This document shows, piece after piece, positions 34,377 through 34,509 of a stretch of 34,509 nt of DNA. Where the stretch lies: positions 1-34,509 of IMG/VR virus record IMGVR_UViG_3300046786_000155. One strand, written 5' to 3'. Numbering within the stretch: position 1 is the stretch's first letter; each line of letters opens with the position of its first letter. Made by a program: the position numbers and the translations under genes. This DNA is from a virus. Taxonomy: Duplodnaviria > Caudoviricetes. The notes under the pieces were generated by a model, which was given only the letters and a program-made list of their open reading frames with translations, had not been told where the DNA came from and ran no database searches.

Positions 34377-34382
34377 GACCCT

Positions 34383-34509
34383 CGACGGTACAAATCCCCC
34401 ACAAACACCATGCATATCGGCAAGATTGACGTTACGAAGATCGACAAGTCGTTTCTGTTCAAAGGCAAGTCTGGAACTTATCTCGACGTTGCGCTTATCC
34501 CAAACAAGT
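34383..34509 (+). repeat. 127-bp exact repeat, second copy; includes the truncated start of the SSB-like gene
   Basis: Identical to 1867-1993. Confidence 0.95.

Overview
The window is essentially a whole tailed-phage genome (siphovirus-like, lambda-type head module), with all credible genes on the + strand. The last 127 nt (34383-34509) exactly repeat 1867-1993, so 1867-34382 (32,516 bp) closes as a circle. Bases 1-1866 are a second, diverged copy of the replication module (initiator + DnaB), most likely a related-strain branch kept by the assembler. Gene order is SSB-like, HTH, TerS, PD-(D/E)XK nuclease, GpA-type TerL, portal, ClpP-capsid fusion, S74-type fibre, holin/spanin-like cassette, neck/tail genes, RecT, DUF2800/Cas4-like nuclease, MazG-like, RusA, an early region with a lysozyme-like gene and a chain of modular coiled-coil micro-ORFs, a metallophosphoesterase, an initiator and DnaB. 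I recognise no integrase, CI-type repressor, tRNA, CRISPR array or reverse transcriptase. The most interesting signals are (i) a C4/CI-antisense-like structured leader before the initiator, (ii) a 16-bp palindromic operator at three promoters, (iii) two initiators with a shared C-terminus but swapped N-terminus and iterons, (iv) a micro-ORF array built from shared DNA modules, and (v) a second multi-stem noncoding element. All family calls are by-eye motif recognition, not database results.
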